Of a stretch of 60,670 nt of DNA, positions 39,101 through 50,055 are shown piece by piece. Numbering within the stretch: position 1 is the first letter of the stretch; each line of letters opens with the position of its first letter. A model generated the notes under the pieces. It saw only the letters and a program-made list of their open reading frames with translations. It did not search any database and was not told the DNA's origin. Source of the DNA: a bacterium (candidate division B38) B3_B38 (GTDB taxonomy: Bacteria > Acidobacteriota > B3-B38 > Guanabaribacteriales > B3-B38); the NCBI GenBank assembly GCA_005223145.1, contig NJBL01000004.1, positions 1 through 60,670 on the forward strand, read 5' to 3'. A program made the position numbers and the translations under genes.

Positions 39101-40294
39101 TTATTTTATGAGCTTAGCTGAGGAGCTGATCTTCTTATTATACATTGCCTGATATTTCTTGAGGTTCGACTTCGCCTGGGTGAGGTGAGGGTCAATCTGC
39201 AGGGCTTTTTGCGCCTCAAGAATAGCTTCCTCGTATTTCCCCTGCTGAAAATAGACCATTCCTAATAGGTTATGTGGTTCAGCATATTCCCTATTCAATC
39301 TTGCCGATCTTCGAAAGTGCTTAATAGCCTCGGGGTAGTCTTTTTTATAATAATAGACAAGTCCTATAGCATAGTGGGTGTAAGGGTTATTCTTCTTTAA
39401 TTTGAGCGCTTTTTTCAGATTTTCTATCGCCTTAACATATTCCCCCTTGAGGTAGTAAACATTGCCCAGATTGCTGTAAGGGGCGGAGAGTTTGGAGTCT
39501 AAGAGTATGGCTCTTTTATACTGAGCGATGGCGAGGTCGTAAAGCCTCCTTCTCTGGTAGGCGATTCCCAGATTGTTGAATGCCTTGGCAAAGGTCGGCT
39601 TAATTCTGATGGCAGTTCTATACAATTTAATATCGATTTGAGAGTCTAAGTCTTCGGAAGAGAGGTCGATCTGGTAGCTGTAAAGAACTCCTTGAGAGTT
39701 GATGAAATTAGCCAGAGCTTCCAGGTCGTCAATCACCTTATAGAATTTATAACCGATACGAGGGTGCTCGGCAAAATCTATTAGAGTTATCTTGGCGTTG
39801 ATCTCTATTCCGGCACAGATATGGCCACTATTCACTACCAGCTCCCCTTCCCGTTTTAGTTTGCTGACCTCGGTTACATCCACATAATAGACAGGAAGTC
39901 CTACCGATCGTGCCATGCCGATGAAGAGGTTGGTGTAGGCTATGCAGTTTGCCTCCCCTTCTACAAACACCTCTATGGCGTTAAGGGCTTTGTATTCGTT
40001 ATATTTCACATCCAGCTTTTTTCTATCAATGATAGCTCGCACCAATGCGTTTACCTTGCCTTTCTCGTAATAATAGGGTCCGGCTGCTTCTCGAGCGTAT
40101 TCCTTTATCTCATCGGTTATGTAAAAAGGAACCATCGTTTTGGAGACTTCTGCATCTACAATTCTCTTCTGCAGGACGGCAACCAGCTCGTCTTCGGTAT
40201 AAATGATCTTTGGGGAATTGGTAATACAGCCACTTAAAACTGCCAATAATAGAAGGGGGAGGAAAAATCTGGAAAAGGATTTGTTTTTCATCAT
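39101..40294 (-). CDS. Lipoprotein with a transglutaminase-like domain and C-terminal TPR repeats
   Basis: Lipobox LSGC; NCIAYTNLF...GHIC...IDF putative Cys-His-Asp triad; repeated AFNNLG/PYSNLG/PHNLLG TPR motifs. Confidence 0.8.
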   Translation of the reverse strand: MMKNKSFSRFFLPLLLLAVLSGCITNSPKIIYTEDELVAVLQKRIVDAEVSKTMVPFYITDEIKEYAREAAGPYYYEKGKVNALVRAIIDRKKLDVKYNEYKALNAIEVFVEGEANCIAYTNLFIGMARSVGLPVYYVDVTEVSKLKREGELVVNSGHICAGIEINAKITLIDFAEHPRIGYKFYKVIDDLEALANFINSQGVLYSYQIDLSSEDLDSQIDIKLYRTAIRIKPTFAKAFNNLGIAYQRRRLYDLAIAQYKRAILLDSKLSAPYSNLGNVYYLKGEYVKAIENLKKALKLKKNNPYTHYAIGLVYYYKKDYPEAIKHFRRSARLNREYAEPHNLLGMVYFQQGKYEEAILEAQKALQIDPHLTQAKSNLKKYQAMYNKKISSSAKLIK

Positions 40295-40798
40295 AAACTT
40301 ACTGAGCAGTTTTGGGTTACAACAATATGTCCTATTTAAATGTTATTAATTTCCCTTTACCCAAAACTGTGTTTTATCTTACACAATAGAGATTTTTTGC
40401 ACTCTTTTTCTTATAATGTTTATATTTAAATTATATACTTTATTATAGATAAAAACAAGCCTTAATATCAAAAAGTTCTTCCCAGAGGGAGGGTGATACT
40501 TAATTGGGAGGGTATATCTTATTTTCCGAAGTGACTTTGAGGAATCTCTTGGGGTTAATCCTGCTGGCTCTCTATTATTGGTTAGAGGTTGGGTTAACTT
40601 TAGCACAAGGGGAAAGATTGTTCATCTATTCATAGGCTCCAACCGGGCGCTAAAGCCTACTGCAGAAGATAAGGTGGCAGAGTTTTTGAGGTTTAACACT
40701 TATTAGGGGATAGCGGCAAAATGGTGGGTGCAGAGAGGGGGTCTTCCTTTCCTCTTCTACTCCAAGAGGAAACCTATTTTCTCCCGCCCCGATAACTT

Positions 40799-41998
40799 CT
40801 ATCTCTTTTCCCTGATAAAGGTGGGAACATCAAACTTGTCTTCCAGTGGTCTGTTGGCGTTGGCTCCCCCTTGATGATTCTCCAGCTCCTTATTGAGGGA
40901 TTTTCCCCTTCGGTAGAAGCTGTTGGAAAGGGAGATGGTCTGGGAGGAATGGTAGCGATCAAACTTGATCATCTTCTCCTCCAGGTCGCCCTCCAACTCC
41001 CTATTCTCCCTTTCGAATCCGGTGGCGATGACGGTTAATTTGATCTCATCCTTCATATCCTCATCTATTACCGCTCCAAGGATGATGTTGGCATCCTCGT
41101 GAGCTGTCTCATAGATGAGGGTGGAGGATTCTTTGACCTCGTGGAGGGTTAAGTCTGTCCCTCCGGTGATGTTGATCAACACCCCTTTAGCACCCTCAAT
41201 GGATATATCTTCCAGCAAAGGGCTTGAGATAGCTCTGCGAGCAGCCTCTATGGACTTGTTTTCCCCCTGGGCGATTCCGGTCCCCATAATTGCCATCCCC
41301 ATACCCGCCATTACAGCTTCTACATCGGCGAAGTCGAGGTTTATCAGACCCGGGACATTAACCAGGTCGGAGATTCCCTGAACTCCTTGGCGCAGGATGT
41401 CGTCGGCAATGAGAAAGGCATCGGTGAAGGAGGTATCTCTTCCTGCGGTGGACAAAAGCTTATCGTTGGGTATGGCGATGACCGTGTCTACACACTCCCT
41501 TAACTCCCTCAATCCCAGCTCCGCCTGAAGGTATCTCCGCCTTCCCTCAAAGAAGAAGGGCATGGTAACAATGGATACGGTTAAAGCCCCCAGTTCCACC
41601 GCCAGGCTGGCAATGACGGGGGAAGCCCCGGTCCCGGTGCCTCCTCCTAACCCGGCAGTGATGAAGACCATATCTGCCCCTTCCAGCAATTCTATTATCT
41701 TCTCGGTGTCTTCAAGGGCAGCCTGTTTTCCAATCTCCGGATTAGAGCCCGCACCCCTACCCTTGGTCAATTTGCTCCCTATCTGAAGCCTGATGGGCGC
41801 CTGGGATAACTTCAGAGCCTGAGCATCGGTATTGACGGCCATGAATTCAACCCCGGTGAGTTTGGAGAAGATCATGCGATTGATGCCGTTGACTCCTCCT
41901 CCTCCTACCCCGATTACCTTGATCTTGGCTCCACAGGAGTACTTTTCGTCGAGGGAGAAGTTTATCTTTCTTCCTTTATGGTTCTGAGCATCTGCCAT
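40799..41998 (-). CDS. ftsZ: Cell division protein FtsZ
   Basis: [29 protein letters not shown]-terminal DVPTFIR. Confidence 0.97.
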   Translation of the reverse strand: MADAQNHKGRKINFSLDEKYSCGAKIKVIGVGGGGVNGINRMIFSKLTGVEFMAVNTDAQALKLSQAPIRLQIGSKLTKGRGAGSNPEIGKQAALEDTEKIIELLEGADMVFITAGLGGGTGTGASPVIASLAVELGALTVSIVTMPFFFEGRRRYLQAELGLRELRECVDTVIAIPNDKLLSTAGRDTSFTDAFLIADDILRQGVQGISDLVNVPGLINLDFADVEAVMAGMGMAIMGTGIAQGENKSIEAARRAISSPLLEDISIEGAKGVLINITGGTDLTLHEVKESSTLIYETAHEDANIILGAVIDEDMKDEIKLTVIATGFERENRELEGDLEEKMIKFDRYHSSQTISLSNSFYRRGKSLNKELENHQGGANANRPLEDKFDVPTFIREKR

Positions 41999-42036
41999 TT
42001 ATTGCCTCCTTGTCTAAAAGGCTTGATTATCCTTTT

Positions 42037-43272
42037 TTAAATGATACCGGCCAACCAACGGCGGAGTTTGGTGGTGGTTCTGTCCCACAGGCCAAGGGAG
42101 GCAACCTGCCAACTCTCTCTGGCTACCTTGTTTCGATAAGGATACAGAAGCAGTCCCACAGCGGTGGAATAGATGGGATTGTTGACCACTTCCTTTAATC
42201 CCCCTATTCCCATTGGTGAGCCGATTCTCACCGGCAGATTGAAGAGCTCCTCGGCAGCTTCTGCTATCCCTGTCAGATTGGAGCCCCCACCGGTTAGGAC
42301 GACCCCCGAGTTGAGGTTTTTCCCGTAACCCCCCTTTCTAATCTCTTCATAAACGAGGTTGAGTATCTCTTTTGCTCGCGGCTGAATAATCTCGCACAGC
42401 AGGCTTCTGGGAAGGATGCGGGGCTTCAATCCACCCATACCGGGAACTTCAATAGTCTCATCCTCTTCTACCATTGCCGGTGAAACGCAACCATATTTTC
42501 TCTTGATATTCTCTGCTTCTGGTATTGGGGTTCTAAGACCGACTGCAATGTCGTTGGTGAAATAGTCTCCCCCTAAAGGAAGCACCCCCGTATGCCAGAT
42601 GTTCCCTTTCTTGAAAACCGATAGATTGGTTGTTCCTCCTCCTATATCAATCAGAGCTACGCCGAGCTCCCTCTCGTCGGGGGGCAGAACAGCCTCACTG
42701 CAGGCCAGGTGCTGTAAGATGGTATCTATAACCTCCACCCCCGCTTTGTTGACGCAGGCTACTATGTTCTGGATGGAGGAGATCATCCCAGTGATGAGGT
42801 GGACACATACCTCTATGCGGGCGCCGTAGATTCCGGTGGGATCGACAATCCCATCCTGCCCGTCGATGATGAACTCTTGAGGAAGGAGATGAATAATGGT
42901 TCTGTCTGCTGGAATGGATATGGCACGAGCAGCATCGATTACCCGATAGATATCCTCTTTTCTGACCTCACGAGTCTTGCTGCCGACTGCAATCGCCCCT
43001 CTGCTGTTAATACCCTTGATATGCGCTCCAGCAACTCCCACATAGGCAGATTCGATGTTGACCCCTGCCATTAACTCCGCTTCCTCAATAGCTCTTTTGA
43101 CCGAGTTGACCGCCTCCTCCAGGTCGATGATTACCCCCTTTTTCAGACCTTTCGACTCGCTCTGCCCTATTCCTATCAGCTCCAGCTCATCGGCTTCGTT
43201 GGCTTCACCTATGAGCACACAGGTCTTGGTGGTGCCGATATCTATACCAGCCAGATGTCTCCCTTTTTTCAT
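42037..43272 (-). CDS. ftsA: Cell division protein FtsA
   Basis: GIDIGTTK, DIGGGTT, VLTGGG. Confidence 0.96.
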   Translation of the reverse strand: MKKGRHLAGIDIGTTKTCVLIGEANEADELELIGIGQSESKGLKKGVIIDLEEAVNSVKRAIEEAELMAGVNIESAYVGVAGAHIKGINSRGAIAVGSKTREVRKEDIYRVIDAARAISIPADRTIIHLLPQEFIIDGQDGIVDPTGIYGARIEVCVHLITGMISSIQNIVACVNKAGVEVIDTILQHLACSEAVLPPDERELGVALIDIGGGTTNLSVFKKGNIWHTGVLPLGGDYFTNDIAVGLRTPIPEAENIKRKYGCVSPAMVEEDETIEVPGMGGLKPRILPRSLLCEIIQPRAKEILNLVYEEIRKGGYGKNLNSGVVLTGGGSNLTGIAEAAEELFNLPVRIGSPMGIGGLKEVVNNPIYSTAVGLLLYPYRNKVARESWQVASLGLWDRTTTKLRRWLAGII

Positions 43273-43282
43273 CCTCTCCTGC

Positions 43283-44116
43283 TCACCTCCTTTCCTGTTT
43301 AGTCTTAATTACAATCTGGTCAGCGAATTTCAAATCTATATATTCTATGTTCTCATATTTCCCTTTTATGCCCGCCATTACAAAACTAAGTTTCTTCCAA
43401 TTATCCAGGAAGTCATCCGCTAATAATTTAATAGGAACCGGACACCCTTTGAACAGAACTTGCAAAGAGGGAGATTCCGAGATTTCTATTAAGGTTATAT
43501 CAGACAGCAAATCAGGCTCCCTTCTTGCCAGCAGGTTAATGAAACGGACGGAGTCCACAATCCCCTTTTTCCACTGATTGAGTGATAGGTCTTGGCGTCC
43601 CGAGATTAAAGGTAGGGAGAGATGCCGATAAGGGGGTCCATATCGGTCGATGAATATCGCCCCCTCGCTTATCAGATAGATTTGATCCCGATAGTTGACC
43701 ATAGCCACTGGCTTCTCCTCATGGACCACCACCGTAATGGTGGAGGGGAGTAGCCTCTTTACAGTACTGCGGTTCAACCAGGGATGGCTCTCCACTCTCC
43801 TCTGAATGTCAGAGAGTTTGACAGAAAATATGTTCTTGCCCTTGAGGGCATCAATGGTGTCCCTTATGGATTTTTCCGAAGCGAAGTGATTTCCCGTAAC
43901 CACAATAGATGAGATGTTGAACCTGGGGGCGTGAGTTGCATATTGATATCCAGCCCTGCCAAGATATAGCATTCCTCCAAGAACCATCAGGCTGAGGAGG
44001 ACCTTCATAGCCAGGCGGACCCTCTTTTTGCTAGACTTTCTCAAGGGTCTCTTTCTTGGTCTCCGCAGATAGTAGCCTTCGCTGTGTTGATACTCCTCTT
44101 CCTTTCCTCTCACCAT
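43283..44116 (-). CDS. ftsQ: Cell division protein FtsQ/DivIB
   Basis: Basic N-terminus, TM helix, POTRA-like region (KRLLPSTITV), YIDLKF; position before ftsA. Confidence 0.85.
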   Translation of the reverse strand: MVRGKEEEYQHSEGYYLRRPRKRPLRKSSKKRVRLAMKVLLSLMVLGGMLYLGRAGYQYATHAPRFNISSIVVTGNHFASEKSIRDTIDALKGKNIFSVKLSDIQRRVESHPWLNRSTVKRLLPSTITVVVHEEKPVAMVNYRDQIYLISEGAIFIDRYGPPYRHLSLPLISGRQDLSLNQWKKGIVDSVRFINLLARREPDLLSDITLIEISESPSLQVLFKGCPVPIKLLADDFLDNWKKLSFVMAGIKGKYENIEYIDLKFADQIVIKTKQERR

Positions 44117-45021
44117 ATAATAACCTCTTCTTCCAGCTCTACCCTCAAAGCCTTATAGACTCTTTCCTTAATAAGCTCTATTAAAGCCAGTACTTCCTTA
44201 GCAGTGGAACTGTGCCGATTGATAATAAAATTGCCATGCTTTTTAGAGACCACCGCGCCCCCAAAAGCGAGACCTTTCAGTCCCAGCGCGTCGATCAGGT
44301 GACCGGCAGAAATTCCTGGAGGATTCTTGAAGATGCAACCCGCTGTTTTCTGCCCTATAGGCTGCCTTTCCCTCCGGAGTTTCTGGAGATAGGATATCTC
44401 TTTCTGTATCTTCCAGGACGAGGAGGGCTTGAGGATTATCGTTGCACTCAATATAACTTCATCTTTTTCCAGCGAGGTGCTCCTGTAAGCAAAGCCGATC
44501 TCCGATTTTTTTCGCTTGATAATCCCTTTACCAGGAGAGAAGAGAGTTACCTCGGAGACAACCTCCTCCATGGAACCCCCAAAGGAGCTGGCGTTGAGCT
44601 TTACCGCTCCCCCTACGCTTCCCGGTATACCGACAGCAAACTCTATCCCGCTGAGCCCCTTAGCCGCCGCCTCCCGGACGAGTCTGCTGAGGGGATAACC
44701 CGAGGCAACCTTTACGGTATTGCCGGAAAAGCTCGGAGCCGTTGGGAGCTTGGTCAGGCTGATGACGATATCCTTCACCCCCTCATCGCGAACAATAAGA
44801 TTAGTCCCTCTCCCCAGGATGCGCCAGGGGAGGTTCTCTCCGGCGAGCTCGTTAAGTAGCCCCTCCAGGCTTCTAGTCTCCTTGGGCAGCAGCAAAAAGG
44901 GTGCTGCTCCCCCGATGCCGATGGAAGTGTAATCCGCCAGCAGGGGCTGGCTAAGGACCTCGCAGTGGAAGTCTCTTCCCATCTGCATCACAGTTTCTTG
45001 CTTAAAGAGGCTCCTCTTCAT
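44110..45021 (-). CDS. murB: UDP-N-acetylenolpyruvoylglucosamine reductase
   Basis: GRGTNL, GIPGSVGG, FAYR, AGCIFKNP, KHGNFIIN, LEEEV. Start taken at ATG 45021. Confidence 0.93.
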   Translation of the reverse strand: MKRSLFKQETVMQMGRDFHCEVLSQPLLADYTSIGIGGAAPFLLLPKETRSLEGLLNELAGENLPWRILGRGTNLIVRDEGVKDIVISLTKLPTAPSFSGNTVKVASGYPLSRLVREAAAKGLSGIEFAVGIPGSVGGAVKLNASSFGGSMEEVVSEVTLFSPGKGIIKRKKSEIGFAYRSTSLEKDEVILSATIILKPSSSWKIQKEISYLQKLRRERQPIGQKTAGCIFKNPPGISAGHLIDALGLKGLAFGGAVVSKKHGNFIINRHSSTAKEVLALIELIKERVYKALRVELEEEVIIW

Positions 45022-45038
45022 CGCCAAATTCTCCGATG

Positions 45039-46421
45039 TCACCTCTTTTGGCTCGTTTTCATAAGCTGTAAGAAGGCTTCGCCAACCTTCCATACATCCC
45101 CCGCCCCCAGGGTCAGGAGGGTGTCTCCAGGTTGGGCGACCTCTTTCAGGTAATCCGGTATATCCATCAGTTCTTTTATAAAGACCACCTTTTTATGACC
45201 GAAGCTCTTTATCGCCTGAGCGACGAGCTCTCCATTGACCCCCTCTATGGGGTCTTCTCCGGCGGGGTAGATTTCGGTTACCAGCAGGAGGTCAGCCTGG
45301 TAAAATGAGCGGGCGAACTCCTGGAGGAGGTGCTTTGTCCGGCTATACCGATGGGGCTGAAAAATGACCACCATCCTTCGGTTCCAGCAGGTTTTCAGAG
45401 TGTTCAGGGTGACCTGGATTTCGGTAGGGTGATGCCCATAATCGTCAATCACCATTATGTCGTTAAGGGTTCCCTTCAGCTGTAACCTTCGTTCGGTCCC
45501 CTGGAACTCCTTCAGAGCTTTTCTGATGGTGGGGAAGTCTACATTCAGGTCAAGGGCAACCCCTATGACTGCCAGAGAGTTCAGCACATTGTGTTCTCCT
45601 GGCATGTTGAGCCTGATCTGTCCCAATCTATCCCCTTTGAAAGTGACCTCAAAATCGGAGTGGAACCCCTCCATTTGAAGCTCGGTGGCTACCAGGTCAG
45701 CCTGACTGCAAAATCCGTAGGTTATAATACGCCGTTCTATCTTGGGAATAATGCTCTGTATATTTGGCTGGTCGAGGCAAAGGATGATCGTTCCGTAAAA
45801 GGGGACTTTGTTGACAAAGTCTACAAAAGCCTCCTTGATGTCTTCCAGGTCTTGGTAGTGGTCGAGATGCTCTCGGTCTATGGAGGTGACCACTGCCATT
45901 GTGGGAGAGATTTTGAGAAAGGTCCGGTCGCTCTCGTCCACCTCGGCTACCAGTATCTCTCCCTGTCCCAGACGGGCGTGTCGGCTGGGAACCATCAGCC
46001 TGCCCCCCACAACATAAGTAGGGTCCAGACCCGCCTCGTCCAATACCATGGCCACCATTGCCGTGGTGGAGGTCTTGCCATGGGCTCCGGCTATGGCGAT
46101 GCTGAACTTCATCCGCATCAGCTCTGCCAGCATCTCCGCCCGGGGGATCACCGGTATCTTGCACCGCTTCGCCTCCTGCAGCTCAACATTATCGTTTCGT
46201 ACCGCTGAGGAATAAACAACCACATCGGCTCCGGAGATGTGGTTGGAATCATGACCCTTGTATATCTTTACCCCCAGCTTTTGCAGATGGCGGGTGAGTT
46301 TCGATTCTACCAGGTCGGAACCCGAAATCTGATAGTTCATATTGAGGAGCACCTCGGCTATGCCGCTCATGCCGATGCCCCCGATGCCTACAAAATGGAT
46401 ATGATTAAACTTCCTTATCAC
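45039..46421 (-). CDS. murC: UDP-N-acetylmuramate--L-alanine ligase
   Basis: GIGGIGMSG, GAHGKTST, EVDESD, DDYGHHPTE, FQPHRYSR. Confidence 0.96.
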   Translation of the reverse strand: MIRKFNHIHFVGIGGIGMSGIAEVLLNMNYQISGSDLVESKLTRHLQKLGVKIYKGHDSNHISGADVVVYSSAVRNDNVELQEAKRCKIPVIPRAEMLAELMRMKFSIAIAGAHGKTSTTAMVAMVLDEAGLDPTYVVGGRLMVPSRHARLGQGEILVAEVDESDRTFLKISPTMAVVTSIDREHLDHYQDLEDIKEAFVDFVNKVPFYGTIILCLDQPNIQSIIPKIERRIITYGFCSQADLVATELQMEGFHSDFEVTFKGDRLGQIRLNMPGEHNVLNSLAVIGVALDLNVDFPTIRKALKEFQGTERRLQLKGTLNDIMVIDDYGHHPTEIQVTLNTLKTCWNRRMVVIFQPHRYSRTKHLLQEFARSFYQADLLLVTEIYPAGEDPIEGVNGELVAQAIKSFGHKKVVFIKELMDIPDYLKEVAQPGDTLLTLGAGDVWKVGEAFLQLMKTSQKR

Positions 46422-47557
46422 TGTATCTCCTTGTCTAAGGAGCGATGAATAGACTCGTTTCCCATAATTTCCAAAGCCAGATTGGCAATCACCTCTGCCG
46501 CTTCCTTTTGTCCTAATTGATGGCTGCTGTACTCTATCTGTTGCAGGCGGGAGGGGTTCTTCATAAGGGAGATTATCTGCTCGGCCAGCAGCCTGCCGCT
46601 GAGCTCTGTTTCCTCAATAACAATAGCAGCTCCCGGGCTTGCCAGGCTTCGGGCATTGCGAAGCTGGTGCCCCCCCGCTGAGGCGGCAATTGGTATGAGA
46701 ATAGAGGCTTTGCCAGCCGCGGTGAGCTCAGCAATGGTGGTAGCCCCCGAGCGGCAGACGACCAGGTCTGCCTTATCAAAGTGAGGAATAATGTCATAGA
46801 TATAAGGTTCTATGCTGGCTTTGAATCCCATCTTTTGGTAGGCTTCAGCTACATTTTGGTGGTCTCTTTCACCTGTCTGGTGAACAATCTGCATTAACGG
46901 GCGATAGTCTTTGAGATAGGGTAAAGCCTCCACCATATTTTTATTTATAATATGAGCTCCTTGAGAGCCGCCAAAAATAAGGAGGTGGAAGCGCCCCTTT
47001 TCTTTCATCCCCCTTTTTATTCGATAGAAGCCCGGACGCACCGGGTTTCCTGTTACCACTGTCTTGCCTTTGAGATATCTCCTGGTCTCCTCAAAGGAGA
47101 CCGCGCTTATTCTGGCAAATCGAGACAGAATTCGATTGGTAATTCCAGGGAAGACATTCTGTTCTTGAATCATGGTGGGGAAACCCAGCAGCGCTGCCAG
47201 AAGAATCAGCGGACCCGAGGCATACCCGCCCACTCCGATAGACAGGTGCGGTCGGAAGCGCACAAGAAGCCACAGGGATTGTATCATGGCCAGAGGGAGG
47301 TGAAGGAGACTTTTTAGCCTCTCGGTGGTCGATTTTCTGGCTAAACCGCTCACATAAAGGGAGCGATGGGAAATACCCTCTCGGGCGAGTATCCTCCGGT
47401 CCAGGCTCGCCCGGGAACCCACGAAGATGATACGGAGGTTGGGGTCCTTTTTCAGCAATTTTTTGGCCACCGCTATGCCAGGGTAGATGTGTCCTCCGGT
47501 GCCACCTCCGGCTATGATGACCCTCCTCTGTTGGGCTTTTCTCTTTTTTACCCTCAT
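46418..47557 (-). CDS. murG: Lipid II GlcNAc transferase
   Basis: GGGTGGH, GGYAS, EQN, GNPVR, GGSQGA, RSGA. Confidence 0.96.
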   Translation of the reverse strand: MRVKKRKAQQRRVIIAGGGTGGHIYPGIAVAKKLLKKDPNLRIIFVGSRASLDRRILAREGISHRSLYVSGLARKSTTERLKSLLHLPLAMIQSLWLLVRFRPHLSIGVGGYASGPLILLAALLGFPTMIQEQNVFPGITNRILSRFARISAVSFEETRRYLKGKTVVTGNPVRPGFYRIKRGMKEKGRFHLLIFGGSQGAHIINKNMVEALPYLKDYRPLMQIVHQTGERDHQNVAEAYQKMGFKASIEPYIYDIIPHFDKADLVVCRSGATTIAELTAAGKASILIPIAASAGGHQLRNARSLASPGAAIVIEETELSGRLLAEQIISLMKNPSRLQQIEYSSHQLGQKEAAEVIANLALEIMGNESIHRSLDKEIQ

Positions 47558-47567
47558 TCTCCTGTTT

Positions 47568-48659
47568 TCAAGATGAATATTGCGAAATGTTAAGTAAGAT
47601 TCCTACCGCTATAAGACTTACAATAAGTGCCGACCCTCCATAGCTGATGAAAGGTAGCGGAAGCCCCTTGGTGGGCAGCAGGGTTAGGGTAACACTGATG
47701 TTTATCAGGGCTTGCAAGATTATCATAAGGGTCAACCCTGCTGCCAGGAAGGTGCCAAAGTGGTCGGGCGCCTTAACTGCCGCTCTTGTCCCTCTTGCCA
47801 TAAAGATGCCGAAAGCCACAACCGCCAGTGAGGCTCCAATTAATCCCAGCTCTTCTCCAATAACAGAGTAGATGAAATCAGTGTGAGGAGCAGGGAGATA
47901 GAAGAGCTTCTGCGTGCTCTGACCAACGCCCAGACCGCTGACACCTCCGCTGGCAATGGCAATCAGGGATTGAATGGGCTGGAAGCCGTAACCCAGAGGG
48001 TCCTTCCACGGATTGACGAAAGCCAGAAGTCTCTCCCAGCGGTAAGGGACTCTGACAATAAGCCAGTAAAACAGAAGGGAAGCAGAGAGAAAGATTCCTC
48101 CCAGGTATTTCCAGTTCACCCCGGCAATGAACATCATCACCACAGCAATGAGCACTACGAAGATGGCGGTTCCCAGGTCTGGCTGCTTCATAATTAAAAT
48201 CACTAACGTTCCTACCACTGCCAGGAGGGGGAAGACGGTCTGATAGGCATTGTTAAGCTTCTCTCTGTTTCGGTCCAGATAGAAAGCCAGAAATATCACC
48301 AGACAGAGCTTAGCCAGCTCGGAAGGCTGAAAGGAAAAGCCCCTCCATCGGAGCCATCGACTGAAGCCCTGGGCGGGACTTGCTACCGCCAGGTAAGCCA
48401 GCATTCCCAGTGATAGAGCCAGCAAGGTATAGACGATGAAAGGCTTTTTGAAAATGCGGTAGTTGGTATTCAGCAGCAACATCATCAACAGGAGCCCGAT
48501 GGCCATACTTACAATCTGCTTGATGAGAAAATAAGAGGTGCTGTGGAAGTGCTCCAGGGCAACGGCAGCGGAGGCACTGTAGACCATCCCTATGCCGAAC
48601 AGCACCAGTATGATGACCACGCAGAAGAGAACCTTGTCGGGAGAAAGCTTCTTAGGCAT
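47568..48659 (-). CDS. ftsW: SEDS peptidoglycan glycosyltransferase FtsW
   Basis: FQPSELAK, QPDLGT, HTDFI, EELG, PTKGLPLPFISYGGS. Confidence 0.95.
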   Translation of the reverse strand: MPKKLSPDKVLFCVVIILVLFGIGMVYSASAAVALEHFHSTSYFLIKQIVSMAIGLLLMMLLLNTNYRIFKKPFIVYTLLALSLGMLAYLAVASPAQGFSRWLRWRGFSFQPSELAKLCLVIFLAFYLDRNREKLNNAYQTVFPLLAVVGTLVILIMKQPDLGTAIFVVLIAVVMMFIAGVNWKYLGGIFLSASLLFYWLIVRVPYRWERLLAFVNPWKDPLGYGFQPIQSLIAIASGGVSGLGVGQSTQKLFYLPAPHTDFIYSVIGEELGLIGASLAVVAFGIFMARGTRAAVKAPDHFGTFLAAGLTLMIILQALINISVTLTLLPTKGLPLPFISYGGSALIVSLIAVGILLNISQYSS

Positions 48660-50052
48660 TCCGCTCCCTATGCTTCAATCTGTTTACCTCTTGTTTAAAA
48701 ATCCTTCCCCGCTCCTCAAAATTGGCGAACATATCAAAGCTTGTGCAGCCAGGCGCCAGCAGAAAAACATCGCCCGCCTCCCCACGGGAGAAGCCGGTCT
48801 CCACCGCCTGCCTCATATCCCCGCAGGGGAGCAGGGGAGCAGCCCCCCCGAGTGAGGCGGTAATTTTCTCCCTGGCTTCTCCTATAACCAGAATGAGTTT
48901 CACCCTCTCTCTGATCAGCTCCCTGAGTCGGGTGAAATCTCCCCCTTTATCCCTTCCACCCAGAAGGAGGATAATGTTGCCCGGGAAGCTCTCCAGCGAT
49001 TTATAAACTGCTCCAATGTTGGTAGCTTTGGAATCGTTGTAAAATGCTATCCTCTTGATGGTGGTCACATACTCCAGCCGGTGCTCCAACCCTCGGAAGC
49101 TCCTCAGGGCATCCCCGATGATACGGGGCTCAACCCCGCAGAGTATCCCCGCAGCGGCAGCTGCCATGGCATTTTCCAGATTATGGCTTCCTCGGATTCC
49201 TATCTCATCTGTTCTGATGATTTCTCCATTCTGGCGATTTTGGCACATCATGAGGTCTCCCCTGAGGAAGATACCTCTGCCCTCCAGCTTCTTCTGTCGG
49301 CTGAAGAGAAATTTATTCAAAGGGAGCCTCTTTATCAGGGGTTGTGATTGAGGGTCGTCAGCGTTGAGAATAGCGTAGTCATCGTCAGTCTGATTCTTAA
49401 AAATCCTCTCCTTCGCCCGGATGTAATCTCCGAAACTGGGATAGCGGTCCAGGTGGTCGGGAGTGATGTTCAGCAGAAGACTGATATGAGGGCGAAAGGC
49501 GACGATACTCTCCAGCTGGAAGCTGCTCAGCTCAACCACATAGTAATCTATCTCCTTGCGAGCTACCACCCCGCAGAGGGGATTACCTATATTTCCTGCC
49601 ACTACGGCTCTATAGCCACCCCGGTTGAGGACATCTCCAATGAGGGTAGCGGTTGTGCTTTTGCCGTTGGAGCCGGTGACTCCGATTATCGTCCCCTTGA
49701 GGAAGTGGTAAGCCAGCTCCACCTCGCTGATAACCGGAATTCCCCTCCTAATCGCCTCCTGCAGTGGCTCAATTGTCAGGGGAACCCCGGGGCTCAATAT
49801 AATAAGCTCAGAGCCCAGGAAGGTCTCCAGCCGGTGCCCTCCAGTCTCCACTTCACCCCCTTTATTCCGTACTAGGCTCAAGGAGCTTTCCAGCTCGGCT
49901 TCGGGTTTGGTGTCGGTGAGGGTCACCATTGCCCTGTACTTCATCAGGAGCTCAGCTGCCGCCTCACCGCTGCGAGCTGCTCCCACCACCAACACCTTTT
50001 TCCCTCTCAAGTCCGAAGCCTCAATTTTGATTTTTTTCCCTTCCAGGCTCAT
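48652..50052 (-). CDS. murD: UDP-MurNAc-L-Ala--D-Glu ligase
   Basis: GSNGKSTT, ELSSFQL, DHLDRY, NDSKATN, GGRDKG. Confidence 0.96.
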   Translation of the reverse strand: MSLEGKKIKIEASDLRGKKVLVVGAARSGEAAAELLMKYRAMVTLTDTKPEAELESSLSLVRNKGGEVETGGHRLETFLGSELIILSPGVPLTIEPLQEAIRRGIPVISEVELAYHFLKGTIIGVTGSNGKSTTATLIGDVLNRGGYRAVVAGNIGNPLCGVVARKEIDYYVVELSSFQLESIVAFRPHISLLLNITPDHLDRYPSFGDYIRAKERIFKNQTDDDYAILNADDPQSQPLIKRLPLNKFLFSRQKKLEGRGIFLRGDLMMCQNRQNGEIIRTDEIGIRGSHNLENAMAAAAAGILCGVEPRIIGDALRSFRGLEHRLEYVTTIKRIAFYNDSKATNIGAVYKSLESFPGNIILLLGGRDKGGDFTRLRELIRERVKLILVIGEAREKITASLGGAAPLLPCGDMRQAVETGFSRGEAGDVFLLAPGCTSFDMFANFEERGRIFKQEVNRLKHRERNA

Positions 50053-50055
50053 CGC

